From Blepharisma stoltei ATCC 30299 (Eukaryota > Protista > Ciliophora): a DNA stretch of 64,000 nucleotides. Location of the stretch: assembly GCA_965603825.1 (NCBI GenBank), contig CBFDEM010000064.1, forward strand, positions 124,001 to 188,000, in the 5' to 3' direction. Under the pieces are notes generated by a model. It searched no databases. It was not told the origin of the DNA and saw only the letters and a program-made list of their open reading frames with translations. A program made the position numbers and the translations under genes. This document shows, in pieces, positions 33,829 to 45,955 of this stretch; the first letter of the stretch is position 1; each line of letters starts with the position of its first letter.

Positions 33829-34668
33829 TTAGTTTAAAACGTAAACATGGGGAAATTTGTGAAGAATTTTCTTGATAATTTCTACATCTTGGTCAGTTAA
33901 AGTTTTCCCTTCAAAATTTTCATTTGAGGAGAAGTCGGAAGAAAAATAAGTTTCTAGCTGGTCGATCATTTTTTCGCAAGAGAGCCCTTTATTATCATTT
34001 ACATCCATTTCAACTGTAGCAATTTCAATGCTTTCTTGACCTAAATTCATTAATTTATAGTCTTGAAGGCAAATTATTCTTTCAATTAAGTCACTTTTCT
34101 CTCCGACAGAATTAATCCCACTTGTTTTGCATTTTATTTGCAAAAAATGCATGTCACATAAATTAAGAATTTCTCTATAGACATTAAAAAATTGGTTAGT
34201 GCAAGGCCTTGAGTCATACAATATAATACTTTCTAGGCCTGATAAATATTTAGAATCGTAAATATTTTTTTCATTTCATACTTTTAATACCCTTAAGCAT
34301 TCACTTATTATATATCTTCCTCATGCCTTTTGTGTTTTTATAAGATTTTTAAGTATTTCAAAAGCCTTTGGCAATAAAATTTCAAAATTGGATCTATACA
34401 TTCAAGCATATTGAATATCAGCTGCATTGCAATTGTGCAGAATATCTGAAATTAAGTACAATATTGATATATAATTAGATGGATTTTCTTTTAAGGCTTC
34501 CAAAGCAGCAACAATTAGAGTTGATATCTGGTATGACTGCTCTGAATGATTTATTGAAAAAACCATAGCTTCTTTGATTTTTTCACGAGATATCGTCAAA
34601 GTTGATAGAATATCTTGAAGAATTCTTTTAGAGTCATCGCCTAATTCGGGTTTCCCATCTTTTTGCAT
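33829..34668 (-). CDS. CID domain plus SAP-like protein (resembles the U2SURP/SR140 CID)
   Basis: LTISREKIKEAMVF...LYLISDILHN...A(TGA=W)MYR..FE..LP; later L..KC...GI...G.K.DLIERI. Confidence 0.75.
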
Positions 34669-35493
34669 GTTTATTTAGTTCAATATTTTAAATCCTTAAT
34701 CTTATTAAAATAAAGTTTAGCTATTATTTTTCAACATTCAATTGCTAAAGGTATCGATGCATTTTTTATTAGATGTGATTATAATTTATGAACTTTTATA
34801 TGCTATCAACCCTTTCTCAATCTTGCTTTCTCTTTATTGCTAAATTAATTATTTTTAGCTTCTAAATCCAAAAGATAGAAAAAAAATTATTAGATAATTA
34901 GCCCTTTTATAAATTTATGCAGAAAATATGGTATTTGTTTGCCTGGTTAGATTCTCTAATTCTGAAACTTCAAGCCAGATATATATTAACTTATTAATAT
35001 AGCTTTTTTGTCTAAATAGGCACTTAAAAATTTATAAATTCCATTAAATTTTCAAGATGATCTTTATAGCTACTTTGGTGGCATAATCATGATGCATACA
35101 AACATATTTAAATTTACCAAATCAAAGAAAGTATTAATTATAAAGAGAATATTTTTAGAAGCGCACAGCAACAAACTTCTGACTAATATTTGTCTATAAT
35201 AAGGACGAAAGAGATGCTTTAAATGGTATATCTTGTAAGCTTATTGACCAGTCTTATTAGTTGAATTAGCTTGCTCAGAAAAATTGGTTTGGAAATGATT
35301 GAAGACATACATTTTAATATTAGAGGTTGGTTAAAATTCAGTGATAATATAATTAAGAAAAAATTAATTATCACCATAAATGCTTCACGTCGCAAATTAC
35401 TTTAGAGACTATCTTAAAGCAATTAATTCAAGATATTTCCTATAAAATATTAATTTATTGACCGATGAAATTAATCTAACAGAAGAAACGGAC

Positions 35494-38493
35494 TTAAATA
35501 TTAGCATAGTCAGGTATCTCGCATTTTTTGGCAGGCAGATCAATTGAGTCCACACACTCTTTCAATGCATTTGTTTGTGAATAAAAGGAGTCAAACATTG
35601 GAGAGCCAAGAATTTTATTGTTGAAACTCTTTGTCCAAGGATGACTCTCGCTTTTAATATTTTTTCACGATGAAAAAGGTTTTTTTTCTATATGACTCCA
35701 TAAGTTCTTACGAGCTGTTTCTGAATATTCTGACTCGATAGCTCTAGAAATGGAAGAAAGACATAGTGTTCCTTTCATTTCTTTTGTGAAAGCGTTATTT
35801 TTCTCCCCAATTTTTTGTTTATACCAGCCAAATAAGACTTCTAAAATGTATGTAGAAGAGTAAGTTCTATGATATTTCTCATTTAAAGGCGCAGAGTCCA
35901 TTACTTCTTTAGATACTTCACAAAGAGAAACTGTAAAGTCTTCAGAATGATATTCTGGGTATTCATTTATTGTAAAAAAAAGCTGTGTGTATGCTATTAA
36001 ATGTAGCATATCAGCAATGCCTGTGTTTTTCCATACTCTTTGATTTTTGTCTTTACTCCTCAGAATGTCCCTGATTTTCAATAAATGACGTCTAGCTTGA
36101 TCTAAGTTTAGACATTTCTTCCTTAAAGCTTTATCGATAGGTGAATTTTTACACCAGCGATAACTTAGCAATTGACTTCTTACTGAAAATTCTTCATCCC
36201 CTCACAAATAGTTGAAAGCTTCTTGCTCATTTAGCATTTTTAAAGGTGGCATGTAGCTTTCTGTTTTACTTAAGATATATTTTATCTTGCTGACACTTAT
36301 AACTAAATTCTGAAGCCTTGACTCAAAAGTTGATTGGTAATCTTCTTCAATCATTTTTGTCTGTAAATCTTTAATTTCTGTATCAATATCTTGAGCTACC
36401 AGAGCAATTCAGACTTTTAGTCATTCAGGGCAGCCATCTAATACTGCACTTTTTATATGGCTTTTATAGCAAATTTTTTCTAAGTCTTCATCGAAATTTC
36501 TATCCACACATTGCAAGACCCTTGAAACTCTTTGGAGAAAGTTATGAGATCTTATAGAATTCATAGACGTTTTTGCAAGACTTACATAGTAGCTCCTGCA
36601 TTTCATATTGCAGCATAGGCATACACTATTTCTGGACTCTAGAATGCTTTCTGTCACTGAATTGTAGTCAAAAGTCAGTTCATCTAAATAACTGATATTC
36701 TTTAGCGCATACATTCCAACTGTGTATTTTCCTCCAGAAATCATAGTAACAGTTCCACAGTTAGGATTACAAGAATGACTTAATCTGCTTGCGAAGTTTC
36801 CTTTTAACATCGGATCAATCATAAAAATATCATACCCAGCAGGATCCTCTTTGTGCCTCTCTAAATAAATATTATAAAAATCTGGGATTGACCCTGAGAT
36901 TTCTTTAGCTTGAATTTTTTCTTTCCTGATTTGCTTAATGACGTCCTGTCTTTCATACCATTTAGCAGAGGTAAATATTTCACCCAAATATTCATGAATT
37001 AGAGATCCTTTTTCGATTCCTTTTTCTCTTAAACAAAGAGCTCCAGTGCCTTTCGGATGAATTCTGAAACTGTTTTCAATAGCTTTTTCATCAATTTTTC
37101 TTAGAGCTTCTATAGCATTTCATAATTTTTTTGCATATAGTTTATCACTATCAGTAAAAATATTTTTTTCATTTTTTCCTATAGAAATTAGCACTTCAGT
37201 TATTTTTCAATTGCTATTCTCTAATAAGTTGATGGCTTTTGGGAGGGCTTTATTTATAAATATTTTGATGTTTTTATCGCTTGGGTCTCCAAGGAGGTAT
37301 ACTATTTTTAAGCGGGTTTGTATATCAAATCCTCAAGTCGGGGTCTCTTTTAGGTCATTTTCAAGGGATAAATAGTCTCTATTAGCGATCTGCCTGTTTT
37401 TGCAAGTTTCTGCGTCGCATTTACATTTTTCAGAGCATTCCATATTTTCTGCTCTATCTTTATTAGTTGACTGCCATCTGCATGTGCCAATGTCATAAAT
37501 GCCTAGTGTAGCCTTAGTATCACACCCAATTCCATCACATTCACCAATCTTCTCAGTCATGATCATAGAAGTGTTATAAGTATCATCAGCTGGTTCATAA
37601 TCCTGAATAATTTCATATTTTCTTGTTGAATAGTTAGTTTTATTTCATTCCCCAAGCACTGTTGGGTAGCTTGCAGTATTTTTCAAGATTTCACTCCACT
37701 TATGAACTAATGCATTTCACAGAAATTCATTGTAATTTTTAAGAATTTTTTTAGCATTTATCCAGACATTTGAAATACTACGATTAATATTTTCATCTTT
37801 TGATATAGATAGTTTATAGTCTACCAGTGCAGATAAATCTTTTTTAACCTGCTCAGCTGAAAAATAAAGGTGTGCAAAGTTCTTGAGACAGTCTAAGCTT
37901 CTGATTGTTTTGTCATTGCCAGGAAAACTAGGAGTAGCTTTTCTTCCTCTTCTTGTTGTTCTTTTTTCTTTTTTCTTACCTTGTGGCTTAATTCTAAAGC
38001 CATCATTGATAAAACCATTTAAGCTGCCATTACTGCTATCCTCAATTTTGAGCTTTTTAGTGCATTGATCTTCTTGATCCTCACCTAGATATTGATTTTT
38101 ATCTAGATCTGCTACTTCGTCCAAGTATTTGTTAACTATTTCCTGTAATGATAGCCCAGCAAACTTAGAAATATCTTTATGCTCTATTGTGTTCTTTGGT
38201 GTTTCATTTCCCAATGCTTTATTTCTTGTAGGCTTTCTGCCTCGTTTTTTAGGCAATTCGCAGCATTCGCAACTTGCTACACCTTTTTCATCCAAGCAAG
38301 CTATATGTGTTTCCTTTTTGCAATTTGCACAGTTGATGACAGCAGATGATCTTGAATTTTTACATTTGGAGCATGAAGTCTTGTGCATTTTTCTAGGGAT
38401 TGTAATATTAACGCTTAAAGAAAGGTCTTCATTCATATTTTCAGTCTTGGTATAAGTATTTCCCGCTAATTTCCAGAATTCTTGTTTGCTCAT
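35494..38493 (-). CDS. SET-domain histone lysine methyltransferase, SDG2/ATXR3-like (999 aa), with N-terminal PHD-like finger
   Basis: FYNIYLERHKEDPAGYD...NFASRLSHSCNPNC...ELTFDYNSVTES....CLC....CR and C-terminal GSPMFD; four track ORFs share one frame joined by TGA=Trp. Confidence 0.9.
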
Positions 38494-39260
38494 TAAATTT
38501 GTGTAAAAATCTTATAGGAAATATATTTTAAATTTGAAAGAAATGCTAATTTTAGCTGGGTGTTTTAATTGAAAATTATTAATTTCTTCTTAAATCAAAA
38601 AAATGTTTATAAAAATTATTACTTTAGCATAAATCTTTAAAAATATTTTGCTCTCTCTCCATATGGAGCAAGTCCTTCAAAGCCATCATGCAATTATAAT
38701 GGATTCAATCTTCACCATTTGCTCTTATCATTATACCATCGCTCTTTCTGCATGCAGTGCACTTTAGTACTGACGGAGTTTTCTTTAATTTGCAAGGAAG
38801 ACACTGGAATTTGTCTAATTTTACTTGAGAATAAATATATGACTTGCAGCTTTTACAGCAAATTTTGTTCATTATTTTATTTAAACATTAATTCCAAAGA
38901 AAAAGGGGACACTGCATTAAAAAACAAATACGAAAATCAAAAATTATAAGTCTCTTTTATAATATCTACAAGCCAAAAAAATTAATTGACAAATAAGAAG
39001 CATTATTCTTTAATTTTACTTTTATATAAGAAATATTTTAATGCAAATATTGTACCAAAATAACTATAATTTCTTTGCTCTTTTCAAGTCTCATTGATAA
39101 GCCTATTTTGCCTTCTCATCTCTAATGAATTATATTATTAAGTTATAGCTTTCTCCTTGTTAATCCTAAATTTATCATTAACTTTTAGTATATAAAAACA
39201 ATGAATTTTATAAAAAGTCTATCGTAAAATATGGGCGGGCTTCATGATATAAATATATAA

Positions 39261-40643
39261 ATGGATAAATACACTTTTCCTCTCTTGAGCCCAGGAGATA
39301 TTTACACTCATTTACGCAATTCCCTTGGCTTTGCTGCACTTTCTGAAGAAGATATAACCAAGCCAAAATTTGACACTATACGTGAAATTTATGTTCATCT
39401 CCTGCAAGTAATTCTCCACAAGCCAAAAGAGGAATTTCTTCTATCAAAACCTGAACATTTGCAAATAATGAGAAACCCTGAACTTTATGATAATTCGATT
39501 CCAACAGCTACTATTTACACAAAAGTATCTAAGATCCTTAATAGAATTGGCTGTAAAGATGATCCTTTTAAGCTCCAAGACTTATTATTTCCTGATTTTA
39601 AAAGAACCCGAAAATTTTTATCAGCATTTATAAATTACATCAAATTTATGACTGAAGAACAAGAGCTCATTTTTGATAAAAACCAGGAATCTATACTAAT
39701 GAGAGTGGCTACAGAAGACTATTTAAGAATTAAAGAAGAATACGAAAAATCATTGGCAGAAGTACAAACACTTAAGAGAAAAAGACAAGAAAAACTGCCT
39801 GTAATTGAAGAAAAACAGCAAAGAATCATGCTATTTGACCAAGAAAAACAAAAAATTTTAGAAAAAAGAGAAATGATTGAAAAAAATATTGAAAATTTAG
39901 AAAAAGAAATAAATGAGTGTGAGCAGAAAAACTCACAGTATGAGATCAAGCACCAAGAACTGGTAAAAGAAATTGCAATGGCAAATAAAGAAATAGTAGA
40001 GTCTCCACATAAAATAAAGCTTCCACTAGAGCAGCTAAAAGAAAGATTGCAAAATGAAAGAAATGATTTTGATGAAGAACAAACAAAATCTAGAGAGACT
40101 GGAAACAAAATCGATATAATGGAAAAAATCATGGTATCTGTAAAAACAGCTGGCTCTCTTATAGAAAATTGTGCTATTAGTATGGGCAGATACAAAGAAT
40201 TGGAACGCCAAGTCAACCAACAAAAGCAGCGATCTTTAGAATTGGAAAAAGAAATTCGGCAAAAAAAGATGACCCATTCAGGCCTTGAAAATGATTTACG
40301 GGCTTTAGAAGACAGAGTTAACCGTATCAATAAGGCTGCTGAAAGCAAAATATTTACTCTCGACAAATCAATTGACCAAAAGCAAGGAGAAAAATCAAAT
40401 TTGCTGGAGCAAAAAAGAAACACTGAAAAAATGGTCAAAGAACACCAAGCACAATTATCAGAACTCATAGTAGACTTCGAAAATAAACAAGCAGAGCATA
40501 ACTCGCAAATGCTTTATTTAGAAAATGAGCACACAAAACTGATAAAACGAGCTGAAGAGTACAGAAGAAATATAGAAGGAATGTTTGAAAATTTTGATGA
40601 GCAGCTGGATAATAAAGAAAATTTTATAAGTAAAAATAATTAA
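39261..40643 (+). CDS. NUF2: Kinetochore protein NUF2
   Basis: YTFPLL...I, F.LQDLLFP..KRTRKFLSAFINY..F CH domain followed by a long coiled coil. Confidence 0.92.
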   Translation: MDKYTFPLLSPGDIYTHLRNSLGFAALSEEDITKPKFDTIREIYVHLLQVILHKPKEEFLLSKPEHLQIMRNPELYDNSIPTATIYTKVSKILNRIGCKDDPFKLQDLLFPDFKRTRKFLSAFINYIKFMTEEQELIFDKNQESILMRVATEDYLRIKEEYEKSLAEVQTLKRKRQEKLPVIEEKQQRIMLFDQEKQKILEKREMIEKNIENLEKEINECEQKNSQYEIKHQELVKEIAMANKEIVESPHKIKLPLEQLKERLQNERNDFDEEQTKSRETGNKIDIMEKIMVSVKTAGSLIENCAISMGRYKELERQVNQQKQRSLELEKEIRQKKMTHSGLENDLRALEDRVNRINKAAESKIFTLDKSIDQKQGEKSNLLEQKRNTEKMVKEHQAQLSELIVDFENKQAEHNSQMLYLENEHTKLIKRAEEYRRNIEGMFENFDEQLDNKENFISKNN

Positions 40644-40659
40644 TAAATTTTGTATAAAA

Positions 40660-41319
40660 ATGGGCAAATCTTCAAAGAGGTCTAAAGATGTTTCTCTGAC
40701 AAAAGTGAAGCCAAAAGGCAAAGAACTAAAAACAAAAATCATTGACCAGTTTAATGAGTTTTTATCCCAGTTCCCGACTGTTATTGCCTTCCAATATCAC
40801 AATTTTAAGACTCATCCATTCCAGGAGATCAGAGAGATGTACACAAATAGCAAATTTTTGCTAGGAAAATCCTCTGTGTTGAAAAAAGCAATAATCCAAG
40901 CACAAAAGGCTGAAAATAGGCCAAATCTTGATGAGCTGGCAAATCATATGGTTGGAAGCTGCGGGCTTATGTTTACCAGAGAAAACAAAGATGATATCAT
41001 AAGTCACTTTTTGACTTGGAGAGAAAGCTCAAGCTTAAATCCAGGCCAAGTCGCTAGCGAGGATGTAATTATTCCTGCAGGCGCTGGCACCTTTACAAAA
41101 TTTTCTAACACAATTGAGCCTTATTTAAGAAATTTAGGTCTTCCCACAAGACTCCATGAAGGTGTAATTGAAGTCCTTAAAGACTTTACAGTTTGCCGTG
41201 CAGGTGAAGAGGTTAACCCTGAAAAATGCAGAATTCTAAGGCTTTTAGACATAAAGCAAGGTGAGATGAGAATAATACCGAAGGGCATTTGGGAAAATGG
41301 CCAATATAAAGAACTTTAA
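40660..41319 (+). CDS. MRT4: Ribosome assembly factor MRT4
   Basis: SKRSKDVSLTKV...K, GLMFT, EPYLRNLGL, ILRLL. Confidence 0.92.
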   Translation: MGKSSKRSKDVSLTKVKPKGKELKTKIIDQFNEFLSQFPTVIAFQYHNFKTHPFQEIREMYTNSKFLLGKSSVLKKAIIQAQKAENRPNLDELANHMVGSCGLMFTRENKDDIISHFLTWRESSSLNPGQVASEDVIIPAGAGTFTKFSNTIEPYLRNLGLPTRLHEGVIEVLKDFTVCRAGEEVNPEKCRILRLLDIKQGEMRIIPKGIWENGQYKEL

Positions 41320-41321
41320 TA

Positions 41322-41804
41322 TTACAAGTTGAATTTAATCTTTTCTTTTGATAAAGTTTTAGGTTTGCCGATAAGTTTTAACATCCCTTCTTCTGATTCT
41401 CGCAAATTGAATTTTCTTTTGTTTACACTTTTAGCTGAAAGATCATAAAATTTATGCAATTTTGGTGCAGTAGGAGATTTTGGAGACCTTCCTAAAGTGT
41501 GAGCCTGAGGAAGTGAAATGTTTAAATCTGGGGTATGCGTTTCAACCATTAAAGGATTAGATATTCTTTTATAAAATAACGGAGTTTGGCTTCTTTTGAA
41601 ATAGCGTGATACAGCTTTTTCAGAGTTTTCTTGTTCTTCTTTTAATTTGTTTAAAATATGCAATGGGCCTTCTTTGTGATTTTTATCTCTTTCTATTTGT
41701 ATTGCAAGTAGTTTGCTAAAGAGCTCATTATATTCAAATCTGACTCCATATTTCGTCGGGTCTCGAAGTTTTCTTTTTCTTTGTGTTGTGTCGTTATTTA
41801 TCAT
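41322..41804 (-). CDS. Hypothetical basic protein with YGVRFExxEL motif
   Basis: KYGVRFEYNELFSKLLAIQ shared with 47-520. Confidence 0.7.
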   Translation of the reverse strand: MINNDTTQRKRKLRDPTKYGVRFEYNELFSKLLAIQIERDKNHKEGPLHILNKLKEEQENSEKAVSRYFKRSQTPLFYKRISNPLMVETHTPDLNISLPQAHTLGRSPKSPTAPKLHKFYDLSAKSVNKRKFNLRESEEGMLKLIGKPKTLSKEKIKFNL

Positions 41805-41824
41805 TATAAAAATTAATTAAAAAA

Positions 41825-43678
41825 TTATGGAATAGCATTTTTGAGCTCTTCCATGCTTATTATAAAGTTTTGATGCTTTTGCTTCATTGATGCATTATTT
41901 TGGCTTGAAAAATCGATTTTTATAGAGGTTTCATCTTCGTCAAATGTCACTTCGGCTTTTAGCTTTTCTAAATCTCAGAAGCTTTTAGTATTTTTCTCTT
42001 CATTGCTTGTTTTGTCTTCTTCGTCATTATTTGTTTCTTGATCAATTTTTGCAAATTCACTGCCTTCAAGCCTTGTCTCGAGAATCTGTACCACTTTCTC
42101 TTGAATCCCTGATGCTAAATTGCTGATTTTATTTTTCCTTTTTAAATTTTCTGTGATCCTCTCTAATTCTTCTACAGGTGGGAATTTTGTCCTTGTGTTT
42201 GGATCTTTTGGGCAGTCTTCTTTTATATGTCCGAATTCTCTGCAGCTCTATATTAAATTTACAGTACACAAATTTGATACAGTTTTTGTCTGATTTAACT
42301 CAAACTCATCATCTTCTTTAGAAATATGCTTAGAAGTGACACACCCAGATGCTTCTTTTCCTATTTTCCCACAGCAAAATCATATATCATCTATAATCTT
42401 GCTTGGATGTGTTCTACATGATCAATTGAAATTATCTTTTTCTGTATAAGGCCTTTGGCAATTTTTGCAGATTCTTTCATCTGCTTCAGAGCTAGCAAAA
42501 CGATGCTGAAAAGATTTCAGTCTCATACGTAATCGGTTATATTCTTGATTCAAATCTCCAAATTTTTTTTCAAATTCGCTAGCTTGAAGCTTATATTTTT
42601 CTCTTTCCTGTTGGGCAGTTTGCAATTCTCGCTGAAAATTTCCTGCGTTTTCTTTAAAAGTCCTGACTATTCTGTCACGTTGGTTTTTTAAGTCATCTTT
42701 TACGATACTTAGTTCTTGAGAAGCTTCAAGTAAAGAGTCTTTAACCTTAATAATACTATTAAGTTCTTCAATTAAATTCAGGTTAAAGCTTGCAAGGAAA
42801 AATAAATTTTTACGGAGAATTTCAATTTCATTTTCAAGCTGAGAAGCAAGTGAAGCATTCCCTGCAATATGGTCAAATGCTGTAAAAAGACCTTTTAAGC
42901 GCTCTCCCATAATTTCGTTTTCAAGGACTAATAAAGAGGCACCATGCTCGAGCTGAATTGCTTTATTTCTTAATTTATCATTACCAGCTTTTTCTTCATG
43001 CAGCTCTTTGCTTAACTTTTCTTTAATTTCAAAACATTGGTCATATTTTTCTTTGTATTCTTCTAGCTGCAGTTTCATAAATGTAAAATTAATTGCTAAA
43101 TTACTGCAATCGTGCTGCAATGATAAGCACTGCAAGTTTAATGCAAAAATATTGGTTTCATTTTGGATATTTTTCTCTTTTAGTTTTTCATACTCATAAT
43201 TAATTGATTCTTTTTCTTGCGTTATCTCATAAACTTTTCTCTGCAAACTTTCATTTTTTTCTCTTAACTTTTGTATTTCGCGATTTAGCTGGGTGCTTAA
43301 ATTTAATTCAGCATATACAGTTCCTTCATGCTCACTGAAGCTTTGACTCCTCTTTTCTTCATCTTTTAGCCCAAATACCCTTTTTCTAAGTTTTTCCGTC
43401 CTATTTCGGTTATCATAGTTAAACATAGGTATCAAAAAATCTTTAATTACTTGGGCAGCTGTTTCTGGGTTAACCTTAATTCCATTTCTCATCGTTCTGT
43501 TTTTAATTTTATACAAATTTGGAAAATTTTGTGATGAATTTAAAATAGAATTTTTAGTATCTGTAGGAGTGCTCATTTTTCTTTTATGCCTATTTGAAGA
43601 TGCTGGAGAGAATGATCTTGATATAGACCAAGCTAAGGATGATGAGATTGTCTGAGAAAGATTTTGTGCCTTCGACAT
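41825..43678 (-). CDS. Coiled-coil protein with C-terminal Cys/His Zn motif and CCHC zinc knuckle; 15-nt intron 42248-42262
   Basis: C..C......NFNWSCRTH......WFCCGK.....GC...H, then CTSCREFGHIKEDC after splicing; TAA at 41825-41827. Confidence 0.82.
42248..42262 (-). other. 15-nt spliceosomal intron
   Basis: gtaaatttaatatag; removal completes the CxxC of the zinc knuckle. Confidence 0.9.
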
Positions 43679-43736
43679 TATGATTACCTAACGATTATTC
43701 ATCATATTTTTATTTACTTTATTATTTAGAAAAATA

Positions 43737-44249
43737 ATGAAAATCATGAGAGCTATGGGAACATTTATCCCTAATAAATCACACAAATTTCCAAAGGACG
43801 GAAAATTGCTGATTTTTTCGACAGATTTGTTTAAAACGATGAACTTTTTCACTGGTGTTGGAGTATTAGGACAGATAGGAAGTTTAGCTTATTTTCAGTT
43901 GGTGAATCCATCTTATTTTTCTATAGCTATATTTGGGATAAGTTTATGAGGCAGCATTTGGTCTTGAAGAGAGGCAAATTATGCGGTGGAAGATGTTAAA
44001 CTTTTAACGGATGGAAAAATAATTGAAATAAGAACATGCAGCTTTAGAAAGAAGTATAAAATCATATATTTGCCAATTATTGATATTAAAGGAAGCCAAG
44101 ATAAAGGCTATTATTATCTCTTTCATAATAAGTGTCGATATTGGTTGGATAATAGTGGAACTATATTCCACAAAGATTTATTTGACGCAATACTTAAAGG
44201 ATCAGAAATTAGCACAACACTATTCATTAAAGAATTTAGGAATTACTAA
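43737..44249 (+). CDS. Small two-TM membrane protein (possibly TMEM70/186/223-like)
   Basis: Two hydrophobic helices followed by VEDVKLL.DGK..EI.T; two TGA=Trp join the ORFs. Confidence 0.6.
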
Positions 44250-44295
44250 AAGTAAAATAGTAGCTTTATATTGATGATATCTGATTTTAATTAAA

Positions 44296-45537
44296 ATGGG
44301 TTATGAAGTCGAGAGATTTATTGAATCTGTCAATGCTGAGCTGATATGTGAAATCTGTTCAGACGTTCTAGAGGATCCTATGGAATGCTCAGTTTGTCAG
44401 ACAAATTTCTGTAAAACTTGCATCGAAGATTGAAGTAAGCGACGAAATGAGTGCCCAAAGAGGTGCAAGCTTGCTCTACAGAAGCCACACAGGTTTTTAA
44501 AACAAATCTTAGGGAATCTGAAGATTTACTGCCAAAATAAAAACGATGGATGCGAAGCTGTGATTAATCTAGAAAATCTGGTTAAACATGAAAATGATGA
44601 ATGCCTCTTCAAGAGAGTTAAATGTCGGTATTTAGATTGCAATGTATTTCTAGCCAAAAATATTATTGAAGAACATGAAAAAGATTGCGTCAAAAGAACT
44701 ATAGCCTGTGGAGATTGTGGAGAAGAATTTAAATATATCGACCTCGACAGCCACTCTTGTGTCAAATTTTTAGCTGGGATCGTCCAGACATTATCTCAAA
44801 TCTCGAAAGAAAACGAAATAAAAATCTTTGAGCTGGAAAGAAAAATGAGAGAAAATGGAATCGACCAAAATATGGTACATCCAGGAGTCATATGTAATAA
44901 TTGCCATGATGAGCCAATAGTAGGTACGAGGAATGTATGTTTGGACTGCCAAAATTATAATCTCTGCTGAAAATGCAAAGCTTTAGCCAAGCATCCTCAT
45001 AATAATTTCTTTCAGCTTGCTCGAGCTGGAGAACATGAAGGAGTCACTTGTGATGGCTGCCAGATAACTCCGCTTCGTGGGATCAGATTTAACTGCAAAA
45101 TCTGTGAAAATTTTGGTAATTTTTATATAGATTTTTGCCATGACTGTAAATTAACTATACCGCATAATCATGATTTTAATATTTGGGCACCTTATTTCAT
45201 ATTTATTCGGCCTGTCGGAGAAATCCAAGTTGCTTTCAGAACTGGGGATATCATGATAAGGACATTTGAAATTGAAAATTTAGGAAACGAACCTATAAAA
45301 GATATTTTTATGAACTGCGTTGCTGGGGAATCATGCAGTATTTTATAATTAGTTCGGAGCTATGGGCTTTCTTTTAACCTTGAAATCCCTTCAAAGACAG
45401 TAAAAATATTGACGATAAAAGAAAAAATCACCAAAGTTGAGCCAGGGAGCTATTTGGGATTATGAAGACTATCCACGATGGAAAGAAGGGCTTATTTTGG
45501 GCCTGAAATAAAGATAGAAATAATGATTATCGAATAA
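44296..45537 (+). CDS. RING - TRAF-type Zn finger - coiled coil - 2x ZZ - NBR1 FW(Ig)-like protein; 15-nt intron 45116-45130
   Basis: MGYEVERF..LICEICSDVLEDP..C..C...FC..CI..W....CP; HPGVICNNC..PIVGTR..C..C..YNLC; HEGVTCDGC...PLRGIRF.C..C..FDFC; PGSY.G.WRL.....FGP. Confidence 0.88.
45116..45130 (+). other. 15-nt spliceosomal intron (phase 1, no in-frame stop)
   Basis: gtaatttttatatag; removal restores ZZ spacing CENFDFC. Confidence 0.8.
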
Positions 45538-45541
45538 ACTG

Positions 45542-45946
45542 TTAACTACTAGGTTTATATTCCAGTATTAAAAGCTTCTTATACATTTCACACATTTCTC
45601 TAGGGCAGTATTTATGGAGTTCTTGTACAGGGTATAGAGTGTGAAATAAACTTTCGTCTTCTCATTCCACTTCTCCTAAAACAACTTGATTTATATCATC
45701 ATATAAAATCTGAGAAATTCGTTTTACTTTATCATTTCGATCGAAACTGCCTTGGATGTTTTCGACTAGGTTGGTCTTATGAGAAATGTCATATTCTTCG
45801 TAAAGATCTTTACAATTGCTAAGATTTTCAATCGGTTCCCAAGAATTGTAGGAATCATCAAAATTTTTCCATTTAACTAAGTAAAAGATTGATTTTCTAG
45901 TGATTTTTTTGTCAAGGATGGCTTCGACTTCATATTCTTCTGACAT
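45542..45946 (-). CDS. HP1-like chromodomain plus chromo-shadow-like protein (134 aa)
   Basis: EYEVEAILDK...YLVKWKNF...NSWEP.ENL.NC; C-terminal VE(TGA=W)...CPREMCEMY; TAA 45542-45544. Confidence 0.85.
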
Positions 45947-45955
45947 TTATAAAAA

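Noticed and set aside
38719-38949. 76-aa track ORF
   Set aside because: TTG start, no motif, lies in AT-rich divergent intergenic DNA
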